Origin: Cystobasidiomycetes sp. EMM_F5
Taxonomy: Eukaryota
Length of the DNA stretch: 20,000 bases
Assembly: GCA_051047955.1 (NCBI GenBank)
Contig: JBPGPT010000019.1
Span: 299,591-319,590, forward strand
Direction: 5' to 3'
The notes beneath the pieces are model-generated. The model made no database searches. It saw only the letters and a program-made list of their open reading frames with translations, and was not told where the DNA came from. The number at the start of each line of letters is the position of its first letter. Within the stretch, counting starts at the first letter, position 1. Position numbers and translations under genes: made by a program. Below, in pieces: positions 1-11,885 of this stretch.

Positions 1-1556
1 TCTGCACGAGCTGGGCGACGGTAGATCGCTTTTGACCAACGGCGACGTAGATGCAGTAGAGCTTCTGCGCCTCGTTGGTGCCATTGTTCCATTGCTTTTG
101 GTTCAACATGGTATCGAGAGCGACGGCAGTCTTTCCGGTTTGACGATCACCGATGATGAGTTCTCGCTGTCCTCGTCCAATCGGTACCATTGCGTCGACG
201 GCCTTGAGACCAGTCATCATTGGCTGCGGAGAATGTCAATTCGTTAAATGTGAAGGAGAAGAGGTAGTCTGCAATGTCACCCACCTGATTTACGGATCGT
301 CGGGGCAGTACACCTGGCGCCTTGAGGGTCGTACGTCTGCGCTCTGTAGTCTTGACTGGGCCCTTGCCGTCGACTGCAAACTTGGCGTAAACATGCTATC
401 TTCGATGGGGTAGCAATCTTGAAACACGTACTTGGGTTACCCAGAGCATCAACAACACGTCCGAGCATCTCTGGTCCAACTGGGACATCGATAACCTGGC
501 CGGTACGCTTGACAGTGTCGCCTTCCTTGATTGTTCGATCGGACGCGAAGATGGTGATACCGACCTGCGCGTGGACATGCATTAGCAGGTTGCAAGACCG
601 CGTTTGGTGCAATGCTCACGTTATCGGCCTCCAAATTCAAGCACTGTAGTACTTATGTTAGTCGGTGCACGTCCTTGCGGTGTACGAGGCTACTGACCAT
701 GCCGCGTACGCCAGACTGGAATTCCACCATCTCCTCGGCTTGCACATTTCGGAGACCGTAGACACTAATGAGTGAGAAAGTAAAGGTATGTGTGAGCGGG
801 AATGCACACACGACCGTGCATCGTCAGGCACTACCCACCGTGCGATACCATCACCAATAGTCAAGACCTGCCATGTTTGTCAACATCAACATCTAGACAA
901 CCAGCACTACTGCTCGACGACAGTAATGTATACCTTTCCAGTCTCGGCCATGTCAATGTCGGATGAAGAGTTTGAGATGCGGGATTCGAGGATTGAGGCG
1001 ACCTCGGAAGCGGCTGCGAGTAGTGAGTGTCAGTACGCTTCGAGCTGCAAGAGTCGCACGGGGCGCATCCACGACGTCCACACTGCCATGCTCGCTGTGT
1101 AGTGTCCGCTGCTGTCCAGTCTTTTCAACACGACCATCTCCGATCAGATCTCGCTGGGAGGGGATGGAAGTGAGACGGCGAGCGAGAGACGGCAGCAACG
1201 AGGACAGCGAGCAGTCGCAATGCCGTGGATGGCTCTGCGGTAATTCATCAGTCAACACCCACCCGGCTTTGCGGTTGCATAGCTTCTTTTGGCAGAGACT
1301 GCGACTGGAAACGAAACATGAGTTTTCCTGCTCAGCCGTGGACACCAAACCGGACGGCGGTCGGAGCTGGCTCACTGCGAGCGCTGCGGGACAGAGCTGG
1401 TGCAGCTTGACGGCGCAGCTGTTGTCGAAGTCGCAATCGTTGGATGGGCGTCGTCGGTGGTTCTTTGCTTCAGCCTTCAATTCAATTCATTTCCCAGCAA
1501 AGTCGCAGACCCACCACGCTCGAGGCCGTGCGGCTGATTGCCCTGGCCGACATCAT
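1..1556 (-). CDS. ATP1: Mitochondrial F1-ATP synthase subunit alpha, 5' portion (multi-exon; runs off the left edge)
   Basis: Manual splicing from ATG 1556 gives a presequence-like N-terminus [42 protein letters not shown], then [14 protein letters not shown]...[15 protein letters not shown], ...[49 protein letters not shown]. These are hallmark F1-alpha sequences, separated by GT-AG introns. Confidence 0.97.
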
Positions 1557-2106
1557 CGTTGGCAGTGTGGGTGTGTGTTGTGTCCTTGGGGTTGCGCTGA
1601 GCCTCGCTGCGTCCTCGTCAAAAGGGTCGGAAGGAGAAGACCGGGAGGGAGAGTGGGCAAATCGGACAGGGCCAAGTTTCCCCGCTCAGGAAATGGCAAA
1701 CGAGACGGCAACGACGATAGAGGGAACTACTGACTGCTGATGATGACACCCTCCTCCGCACTCGCTTCCCCCTCCGATTTTCAGATTCGTCGTAGCGTGA
1801 TTATTGGCTGACATGCTCGATACAGATATCCAGAGCACCCTCATGAGACTCCTCACATACCCATCGATGGTAATTTACAATCATCGCAAATTATGTTACA
1901 TTGTGCGTAGAGTCAAGTGCGCCATATCGTCTCTTTTTACAACATTGATGATGCGATTTTGCAAGCATGCCATTATGCCTCGACATTCCGCGCTGGCTGA
2001 GTGCGTGTCTCGAATGCGCCAATCCTTCCAGGGATAGCTGTCGCATTCATTTTCATGTTTTGACATCGACTTTTGCGAGGCAGTATCTGACCCCGGATCA
2101 GAGCGG

Positions 2107-4116
2107 CTAATCGCTGGTAGACCTCCTCACGGCTCCACTAAAATATGCTGCCAGGCTGCTGAGGAGACACATACCGCCAGTATAAATGATCAGTGGACCC
2201 TAGAATGTGAAGATGAGCTTATAAACGATGTTCAGGCATTCAACTGAGCACTAATACATACATACGATTCGACTCCGTATGCAAAATGGGCTCCTCTGAA
2301 TCCTGGAGAGGATAAAAGATAGTCGGAGACCGGTCCGCTGACGATGTTTCCCACACCAGTAGCACAGAAAAAGGTAAAGAGGAGTGTAGAGCTTGCTGAG
2401 GTTCCTGCATGTGCATCGACATCGAGTAATGCCGTTACAATGCGGGGCCATAGAGATGGGAATCTGTAGGCATGCAGGCTGTGAGACCGATCCTGGAATA
2501 CCCGCCCAGTGCTGGCACTCACCCAAGTCCAAAAAAGCCAAATATGACCGAGAAAAGGAAGAGTAAGGGTGCATGTACCGCAAAACCCCACACCAGTAGT
2601 ACGGAAAGACTTGCTGCCATTGTTGCAACCGCCGTAATGATCCGCACGGGCCATCGATCTGCTAGAGCACCTAGAACAATCATACCGAGTGCGGACGTTC
2701 CTGCGGAGATGGTGTTTGTGACAGTCACGACATGCATGGCGCTCTGTTTTGGCGTACCATTGAGAATAGAGACTAATCCAGTGCCATAGCTTTCGCTCAG
2801 ATTCAGATAGCTTACGTAGGATGGTAGAGCGATATTCGGTAGAATGCTTGCTAATGCCATAGCTAGGACTGCTACAGTATATAATAAAATAGCTTTGCTG
2901 GTGAAGAATTTTACTGCGTTCTGTCTGTCCTTGCCATGGCGGTCGTGTTGACGGTATTTATGTGCGGGTGCTGTTGGGGGAATGCGTTCGCGGACAAAAT
3001 ATACTGCAATCGTAGTTGGTACAATATAGGCGACTCCCTATTGATATAGCATCAGCCAGCCCGCAACGCTCTGCCGGACGGCCGGGTATATGACAACCTA
3101 CCACGCCTGTCATTGCAACGCGCCAGCCGTATCTTTCGAACAGGCTTTGTAGAAGAAAAGGAAACACTGCACCTCCAATACCTGCTGATCACTCCTGAGT
3201 ACTTCAATCTGCTTACTTATAAAGCTTGCGAACGGACCTCCAGAGCTATAAGCTACTCCGGCAGCTAACCCTCTCCTCTTAGCAAACCACTGGAATAACA
3301 AGCTACCGGCTGAATGTGAAATCGCAATAAGCACTCATTGCGATGGCTGCAAACGACAGTACGAGACGTACTTGGTAAATATAGGAGAGCTGCACCAAAA
3401 GGCCACACGACAGCGATAGTAAGCAGTAGGATAATTGGCGATGTAGCGAATGCAGAAGAGATTAGACCAGCGCTCGCAATAACTGCTCCGAGATATTGAA
3501 AGGTAGCTCTGCGCTGCGGAAAGAGCTGAAAGAGTGGATGCACGACGAGGCAGGCGATAAAGCTGTTGCAGGAGAGGTCAGTGAGTTGGCAAATCTTCAG
3601 CTACTGTAGGTCCCTTTTCGGCTCGGCAAAAAGTGGGACTTGCAGGCAGCCTGTCATCAAAGTGCTAGCTTGAGCTAGTATCACCTTGGAACCGTTCGGG
3701 AAGAGTTTTGATATCCAGTGTGCATGCATTACGCCAGTCGAATACGCCAAGCCAAAAGTCAGGAATCTGTCAGATCCAGATGGAGCTCATAACTTAGTTG
3801 ACAGTAGTACGTATTTCGGATTCGAAGTAGCTCACTCGACGACGAAAGCGCTTGCCAGAAATATCCAAGCATACCCAGTATCAGGTGGCAGTATGCTAAT
3901 TGCTCTTCCTGAAGAGCTTTGCGTGATGCTGATGCTCCGAGTCTCGGTAGTTTCGGCAGCATCGATGTCCAGCTCGCTCATGAATTGCAGCTGCATTGGG
4001 AATTCTTCTGCAAACGGCTTCGCACCCTGCAGCAGCGACTCATCATTGGAAATGTTCTTGAATATACCCGCAGCCTCAAGACTCTGCAATTCATCGCCGC
4101 TGAGTGGATGATGCAT
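2107..4116 (-). CDS. MFS transporter, monocarboxylate porter (MCT/MCH-like), multi-exon
   Basis: PPDTGYAWIFL matches the MCT TM1 motif PDGGxAW. Also LLFQWFAKRRGLAAGVAYSS, FPFLLQSLFERYGWRVAM, LGALADRWP and many hydrophobic TM exons. Start at ATG 4116; last exon GPLIIYTGGMCLLSSLAAYFSGAVRRSTSD ends at TAG 2107-2109. Confidence 0.88.
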
Positions 4117-4180
4117 TTGATACTGGCAGACTCGCGCTGAGCAGGGTTCAGTACAGAAATAGTCGGTGTTGCCGGTTGTC

Positions 4181-4250
4181 GGCTCAGGCAGGCTCAGGCA
4201 AGCTTAGCCGACAGGAATTGCAAGCTTAGCCGACACCATGCCTAGCCGAC
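4181..4250. repeat. Short direct repeats upstream of the MFS gene
   Basis: GGCTCAGGCA x2 (4181-4200); GCAAGCTTAGCCGACA at 4198-4213 and 4220-4235; TAGCCGAC core at 4205, 4227 and 4243. Confidence 0.8.
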
Positions 4251-4280
4251 GTCGTGACATAGCCAAGTAAAAAAACCTCG

Positions 4281-4320
4281 CGGACTCAGTCCGACGGCGG
4301 CCGACGAGCGGACCCGTCCG
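4281..4320. promoter_or_regulatory. CGG...CCG palindromes, candidate Zn2Cys6 binding sites
   Basis: CGGACT-C-AGTCCG (4281-4293) and CGGAC-CC-GTCCG (4309-4320) lie 165-205 bp upstream of the MFS ATG. Confidence 0.5.
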
Positions 4321-4977
4321 AAGGTATATGGCTATCTGGATCCACGGCTAGTCGGTCAATCTCTTCTCGGGAATGGCTCCACGTTGCATTACAGTAGCCA
4401 ATTCCCCGAGTGAGGAGACAGACTCCTGTAGCTCATTCAGCCTCGAACTCTTAGTAAGCGAAATCTTCATTTCTCCACCTATCCATGTTACAGAAGAAGA
4501 AGGGACTAATGAATGAAGAAACCGTCTATTGGCCCTACGAGCAGCAGAACATTAGTTCCGTCTTCTCCGCTTGGTCTAGGCATCGACTTTGATAAACGTG
4601 TGGAGAAAGTCTATCGGATCTGGAGAAGGAGCGTAGCGAAGGAGCTCTGCGATCTAATGTCTATCATTTCAATGCCTTTGAAACGACAAGACCTATCTAT
4701 GTGATGAAACTGGTAAAAACGGTCGGGCCCTGTCAATTTCCCAAAATCCTGTCGAGAACCCGTTGATTTACAAACTTATCGGACATTACTGACCCCTGAC
4801 CATGCCCATTCGCACCCTGTCATCCTTGTGAAAATATGCAAAATGAACGCGACATCGATGATAATTTAAATTTGCGGTCCCATTGCTCGCACTTCAGCAC
4901 AAACTCCGTTCAATACCCTTTTCCAATCCGCCGAATGATATGTTGACAGACGGCAGGTATTCACCAAATTACTGGAA

Positions 4978-7853
4978 TTAGAACAAGATTTTGAGAACCT
5001 TGCGTGCCATGGCCTGGTACTTCCCATCATTATCAATCTTGCTGTAGTCGAAATGCTCTGTGAACTGATCTTGGCGTTAGCGCTGATCCTGCTCGACCTC
5101 ACTTGAACCTACTTGAGCATCATTGATATGTGTAGTCACGTCCATATTCTCGGCTGTCCATATCTTAGTCTTGTGGTATACTTTCCATCCACCATAGAGT
5201 ATCACGAAGATGATGGGAGCGCCGTACCCGAAGAAGAAATTGGGCGTTGACCACATATCCTTCAGGAATACGCTGGAATGGGATTATCAGCGTGGCTTGA
5301 AGAGTGTAAGCGTAATGACGTACTAGTACGATTGTAGCAGCAGGACTATGAAAGCACTGATAAGCGCATACCATGCTGCATATGGCGCAATTTTTGACTG
5401 TTGATTAGTATGATCAGCGGTGTTCCCGGCCGTCTTCGCCGATAGGTACTGATACTCACTCGTGTAGGCAAAGTGTCTCTCGAGATTCCCTGTTTCCTGA
5501 TTGCTTTGTTCCAGCGTATCCAAGTCCCTGCCATGAGCATCCAGGTAACGAGTTGTGCCGTGCCAACGAGCCCAGCAAGGTAGGAGATCACGATCTGAGC
5601 AGACGACGACATTTGCAGGTACGCTAGCAGACTTAATGCGCAGCACACCAGTACCGCTATCCAGGGCACGCCCCGCCTGTGATAGTCATTGGCATCGGCT
5701 TTCTGCGAAGAAACCTGAAGTGCAATTCTCTCACTTGTTGCGTATACCAAGTTGTTTAGGTGCTTGACCGTCACGCGCCATCTGTGCAAGTACGCGACTT
5801 GCACAGAACAGGTACGCATTCCCAGAGGAGTAGATGGACGTAAGAATGAGAGCATTGACCAAATCAGGCAGGAAAGGTATTTGAAGCCTGAATGCTTTAT
5901 AATCAGTACAAATTGTCTCGCTAGACGGCATCTCACTGATCAAGATAGCCTACCTATTCATGGCGATGATGTATGGCGAGCTTGCACCACCTGGCGATCC
6001 GGCCGCCTGCCTCGCCAGTAGCTCGGGATCATTGTACGGGACCAGAACCCCCATTGCCAGAGCGCCGCCTTTGGATGGAAGAGCGTCAGTTGTTTGTCGA
6101 TGACACCTATGCATGCATATGGCTACCGATAAAAAATATAATCAAGCGGATGATAGTAGCGTTGAAAGCCCTGAGTTTGAGCGATAGATCTTAGCCGAGG
6201 CTCTCGTGCTACGAACTCGCAAAGCCAATACCTTGGCATAGTCTTTCTTGGGTTGCGAGCTTCTCCTGCCAACATGGAAAGATAATCTGGGCCAGCTACC
6301 ACGACGCGGGCATTGAAGACAGCAGCTAGGAACCCTTCGAAGAGAGCGAAGCTTCTTGGCTCATGATTAGGGTATGGTGCAGTCACTAATAGAGGCAATC
6401 GGTGAGCTATCGAGCCTAATGTCGAGCATGGAAGACGTACTTGGTCCTGGGTCTTGCCTAGAGTGCGTAAAGGGGAGAAGCAACATTAGCGCATTTGACT
6501 ATCTCCGTGATGAACCGCCCGTACCAGTATCTAAAGCCAAAGCGGTCATGTAGAGGATTGCCTCCAAGCATTGCGACCACAGTGAAGAACAAGAGGCCGA
6601 CAACTAAATGTAAAATCATTGACCGGGTCAGTGATGAAATATATCACGGAAGGTGTAGACAAACTGAGGAAAATTTTTCCAGAAGCAACAAAGGCCTCAG
6701 CGCTTGCATAATACTGTAAGGGTCGGTACGCCAGTAAGCACCACGCAAAAACTCCGGCTGGCTCTGAAGACAGCCGGCTTTTGACCGACCTTTGCACTCC
6801 AGATGTTGAGTATAAAGTATGAAAACAGAATGGGCGTGATTATGGCTGCCGGATTAACGCCAACTGCACTTGACCAGTAGGTTGTTACGTAGCCAAACGC
6901 TGCGACCTCGAAGATAACCAGAGCGATGCAGGAAATGAAGAAAAGATAGCCTGGCAGATTTGCGTCAGCCTTCGAACTCCTGGGCTGGTAGCTTGCCATC
7001 TACCTGTGGCAAAGCCAGCGGCTGGATCGAGGTAGCGGGCCGCAAATCTGGAAAATCTATATCAAGAGAGCGAATTAGTACCAGAATGTGAGGTTCCGAG
7101 CTGTCTTGCGCCATACGCAGTGTCTGTCGGCCAGTAACTATCGTTGTGAACGTCAACGCCAGCGAATCGTAACGGCTCCCTAGAGCACTCACGCTACCAA
7201 TTCCTTTTGAACTTCCGCAACTAGGCAAGAATCGACGGTGAGCAAGAGCCAGGCCCACACATGGCAAAACTCGCTCACCACACCAGATGACTGAACACCA
7301 ATACAGATAACCGAGGAACAGGTTGAGTGGGCCCCCGGAAGTCAACGCATAGCCCATATAAACTTGATTGGGGGACTTGGGTCAGCCCGCGTCGTCTGGT
7401 GGAAACGCCGGAACGGCCGTCGTAGCTCACTATACAGGACGGTGCCAATAGTACCCTGCGCGCAAATTGTCAGTGGATGACTGCGGGGAAGCTGCGGGGA
7501 AACTTGTATCACGTACCCCAATGGCGATGAGCTGGAGAGTTTGTTTTATTCAGAAAATTCTTCGGGCGCAACATGGATGATAAAGATAATTACATTCACA
7601 TGATAAGACTCTGTCGAGTGCGTAAATGTTAGTATCAGGCGTCTTGTTCGAGCGAGGAGCACATCAGTCTGCACTGACCAAAGTGTCGATGCTGCGGAGT
7701 TGTAGTCGCAAAGAAGGCGTTGTCTTGCTGCTGTTCCAGAGTAAAGCTCTCTGGCTTGCCGGGCGTCTCTCCCTGAAGTTGGGGAACCTCGGCGACCGCC
7801 CACTCGTCTTCGTAACTGTCAGTCTTGCGATATTCTTCTGGTACGGATCCCAT
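4978..7853 (-). CDS. Amino acid/amine permease (APC superfamily, yeast amino acid transporter family, AGP2-like), multi-exon
   Basis: Micro-exons splice to QHRHF-ESYHVN-LIAIG-GTIGTVLY-IYMGYALTSGGPLNLFLGY (LIAIGGTIGT signature). Also YASAEAFVASGK, FEGFLAAVFNA..VVAGPDYLSMLAGEARNPRKTMP and NALILTSIYSSGNAYLFCASRVLAQMARDGQAPK. The C-terminus ...ARKVLKILF ends at TAA 4978-4980. Confidence 0.92.
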
Positions 7854-7954
7854 TGTCTTTGCGGATAACGTGAGGTAGAGACGAATAAAGAAGGTGAAGG
7901 ATCCAGTTCTTCGTACGCGTTATTGCTGATCAAACGTTACCGGTGTGCAGGAGC

Positions 7955-8094
7955 CGGACCCGCTTCCGCCGAAGACACAGATAAGGAGATAAGGCGATAA
8001 GCCCGATGAGCTCGGAGTTGACGGCCGGTTCTGCGGCCGCGACTACGACGGACCCGAAATTGCGGAGTCTCCGGCAATTAACGGTCAGGAGTCC
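7955..8094. promoter_or_regulatory. Bidirectional promoter (permease / monooxygenase) with triple GATA site and CGG motifs
   Basis: GATAAG at 7980, 7988 and 7996 (exact 8-bp period); CGGACCCG at 7955 and 8049; GTTGACGGCCG at 8017; near-palindrome AATTGCGGAG-T-CTCCGGCAATT at 8058-8079. Confidence 0.7.
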
Positions 8095-8197
8095 GGCGAG
8101 CACAAACGAGTAGGCATTGCTCCATTTCGACCTGTTGCTTGTTCAGCATCGCGTAGTGATAGGCAGCAAGTGCACCGATCTCCCGCAATTTGCAATC

Positions 8198-9977
8198 ATG
8201 GCCGCCCAAAAGACGAACGGAGTAAACGGCACTTCATGGCGACCGCTGAAGGTCGGTATCATTGGTGGTGGGATTGGCGGACTTTCTGCCGCTATCTCGT
8301 TGAGACGGCAAGGCCACCACGTCTCCGTCTATGAGAAGCGAGACTTCGATCTGGAAGTCGGTGCCAGTCTCTCGGTCGCTGCAAGTATGCAAAATACGGT
8401 CTACAATTGGGCAGCTTTGCAGCGATAGGAGCTTACTACTATCTTACAGACGGTGCGCACTGGTTGAGAAGATGGGGCGTCAATACGGATCTCGGTCGTC
8501 CTGGCAAGTGACGCGTGTACCCTCAGATTGTATCTACCGTTCCTGACAAATCTTTTAGTAACCCTGACCAGCCTGCGTATGCGCGACTACCGCACTGGCG
8601 AGATAATATCCACGTATCCATTGGACGATTACGAACAAAAGTGGGGCATCGATTATCGTAGTAAGTCTGCTCAATCTTCATGTTCGGGTAACGGGTGTTG
8701 AAGCCTTCCACAGTGTATCATCGCGTCGATAGTGAGTTGCAGACTGAAAGATAGGCCTGACAAAGCAGCAGCTCACGTCACTTGGCAGTGCACAGGATGT
8801 TACTCCAAACCGCTCTTGACCAGGCCGGTCCTGGTGAGCCAGTAAAGCTCGTTACCAACCATCCTGCGACATCCGTAGACTGCGAACGCGGCATCATCAC
8901 CTTCGAGGACGGTTCCACCGTGCAGGTCGATTTGCTCATCGGAGCCGATGGCGTAAACGTTAGTGTGAAATCTGCTTGCGCCTCACGCGAACTTCCTGAC
9001 TCGGTCGCCTTCGTGAGCAGTCCTATACCAGACAAGCCATCGGAGTCGAGACGAAGAAGAAGCCGGCTGACGTTGCATGCTATCGCTGCAACATTGAGAC
9101 TGAAAAGGTCAAGGAATTAGGATTGGTGAACTTTGCAGGGTCAGTAGCCTATCTACACAAGTGCAGCTGTGCCAAATCAAGCCTTGTCTTACAAGCACTG
9201 ATTGATACAGGGACCAAGCCATCGATTATTGGGGTGGATTCGAAGCCGAAGGTCTCCACAAGTACTTGAAGCTTGTCGTCTGTCCATGCAAGGGTGGCGA
9301 GCTTCTGTCCTTCTATATCTTCTTTCCTGCCGAATGGTCCAATCACCACAAGGAGGGATTCGTTGTGCAGGAAGTTTCCCACGAGGAGCTGCTAGCCCCG
9401 TACAAGGACCTGGACCCGAAGATCTACGCACATTTAGCCAATTCAATCGATCGGATGCGTAAGTGAATAGTGAAGCCGTCGCCATATGCGGTAGTTGACG
9501 ATAGTATCCTTCTACAGCATGGCGATTCTGGATTCATGAGCCCTACTCTCATTGGACGAAAGGCAGAACTCTCATCATGGGTGACGCTGCACACCCGATG
9601 CTTCCAAATCAGTCCCAAGGCGCATGCTCTGCTATAGAGGATGCAGGGGCGTTGGGCATTATATTCTCGCCAAAGTATAACTATACCAACGACATTGAAG
9701 CAGGAGTCAAGCTTTACGAGCAAGTGCGAAAGGAGAGAGCCACCAAGATTCAAGCTTCTTCCATTCGTGCAACCGAAAGTAAGCGTACATCACTAACAGA
9801 ATGGCCCGTCGAAGTGACCAACCTTATTTCCAATCAGATCTCAATGAAAGGCTTGGATTCACCTCGCTTGCAGAGTCTGCAGCGCGTACCGACTACAAGG
9901 GTCACAAGCTCACGATTGAAGAGGTGAATGGATACGACATGGCTGCGCACATTCAGGAAGTGGTCGCCGCTGCTTAG
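8198..9977 (+). CDS. FAD-dependent monooxygenase (class A flavoprotein, salicylate hydroxylase-like), multi-exon
   Basis: All three fingerprints are present: VGIIGGGIGGLSAAISLRRQGHHVSVYEK (GxGxxG), DLLIGADG (DG), and IMGDAAHPMLPNQSQGACSAIEDA (GD). An 18-nt micro-exon (8713-8730) encodes YHRVD. Ends NGYDMAAHIQEVVAAA at TAG 9975-9977. Confidence 0.93.
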
Positions 9978-11885
9978 ATGAGCCATATTCGAAACTCTCC
10001 GGGCTAGCCTACAATGTATGATTACGTTGAATTGCATTTGATTAGGCACTGCAATTCGAGGTCGTTGGACTCGGCAGAATCTTCCGGGCTGTGTGAGGAA
10101 AATTGTTCCAGCGAAGTGAAGATAGTATAAGAATACATCGTATCGGCGTGGCGTTCTTTTCCCTAGCCGAACCAACATGATGAGACCTTGGTATCACGAT
10201 TCACTGTGCCCCACAGATGCAGACCAAATGATGCAATCAGAACTTCACGCGCGGTGGTGACGGTCTTTCGCTCTCGAGAGGGTTCAGCTCTGGGCAGCAG
10301 AACGTCGCATGAGCCTTACACAACATATATAGCAAGCGGTGCTCTCACAGTCTTCCTCGCTAGCGTACTCCTAGCACCACCCAGCCGCATAACGCGTTGC
10401 CGATGCTTGATACCGTCTACTTGACTGAGCAGCGGCCGTAGTCAATTGACGTTATGGTTTGCGGCGCCTGTGAGATTGCCCAAGGAGAGCTACTTCTTGC
10501 TGTATTTCTGTTGTATCCTCGTCTTCGGCATGCTCGAGCTCCCGATAACGCTGGTGGACATGCCATGATACATGATACACTTCAGCTATAATAACTCATT
10601 CCGAGACGGTAAGTCTCACCTTCAAAGCAAGACCCAGCTGGAGTCTATGTGCTAGCCCTTAGAGACGCTCCTGTACGCTGCTTTGCCAACAATCTAGAGC
10701 TCGCACCCGCTGTCCCCTTGCCCGACATTCTTGCCAACAGCTGCACATGTTAACGGGATGCCATTTCCGATATCCATCGCGGCTGCGATTGCTGACAGTT
10801 GCTTCTTGTCGACGTAGCGCTCATAGCTGTGCTAGGCATTCTCGCACTCATGCTACCCCGTAACATTGGTCGGTCGAGGTTGGCAAAGATCATACGGACA
10901 ACGGCCACTTTCGCAAACAAGTAGACGATGACAACGTGAAGTTTGTGCTACATGAACGCACAAGCTGCGCAATTTCTCTCACAAGGCCGCTCGCCCGAAG
11001 AAAAAAGCTAGTCGCTCTCTGTTTTGGTTGAAATGGAACGCACTGGCTTGTACATAATGCGAGCGTCCGTATTCACCTTCAGCCAGCTGAATATTCCTTA
11101 TCTACTCGTTATCTCGCGACTGTTCCAAGATGTCTGAGGAGCCTCAGGCGGAAGTGAAAGGCGAAGGCGGAATGAACCTGGCGATGTCGTGTCCACTTAG
11201 CAAGTCAAGCAGTCTCCGCCTGCGCTGCGATTGCCGTACGCTGCATGCACAAGCTTGAGCAGCTGTCCTGTGTTTCCAAGATACTCGGCGACAGGCTTTT
11301 GCGCACGCGCCGAGGACAATGGTCTGCTGGGCAAAATGATGCGGGCAGGGGCGAGGAAGGAAGGGTCACTCTTGCCTTTCGACTGGAGTATTATTACCAA
11401 GCAACCTTGCGTGAGCAGCCCGGCCGCCCGTTATCTCGGTTGTCATTTTGAGAAAGTGAGGGGTCTGCATTGTCACGAGGCTGAAAATTACTACTCACGA
11501 TGTCCCTACAGTCAGTATCATAACCATTCCCAACCTGGCCTGCTAGATGGTTCTCTCCAGTTGGCAGAAACCGACAGTATTTAAACGCATGACGAGCTCG
11601 GCTTCGCACGTAGGTCATAAGCCCGGCGGAAATAGCAGCAGAGCGGGTTCTGCTTTTGCATCTGCATCAGTTCTGGTCCTATCGTCAGTCGAGTCGCGCA
11701 AATGGGGATCAAGAAAGTCCACTATGGACCCAGAGCAGACATTTGAGGATACTGGTAGCAGATAATGAAAGGCATGCTCATTAGACACACATCGAGATGG
11801 ATTGACGTACAACACACACTCTAATTAGGCTGGCTGACCGAGAGCTTGGAGCTACGAGACAATCACACAAGACCTGCACGGCCGT

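Noticed and set aside
963..1733. 256-aa plus-strand ORF
   Set aside because: Antisense to the 5' exons and introns of ATP1 in GC-rich sequence; no recognisable motifs.
4181..4250. CRISPR-like or transposon-end interpretation of short repeats
   Set aside because: Eukaryotic context, only 2-3 short copies with irregular spacers, and no transposase or cas sequence.
4513..4704. 63-aa plus ORF between the MFS and permease genes
   Set aside because: Short, with no motif or supporting exon structure.
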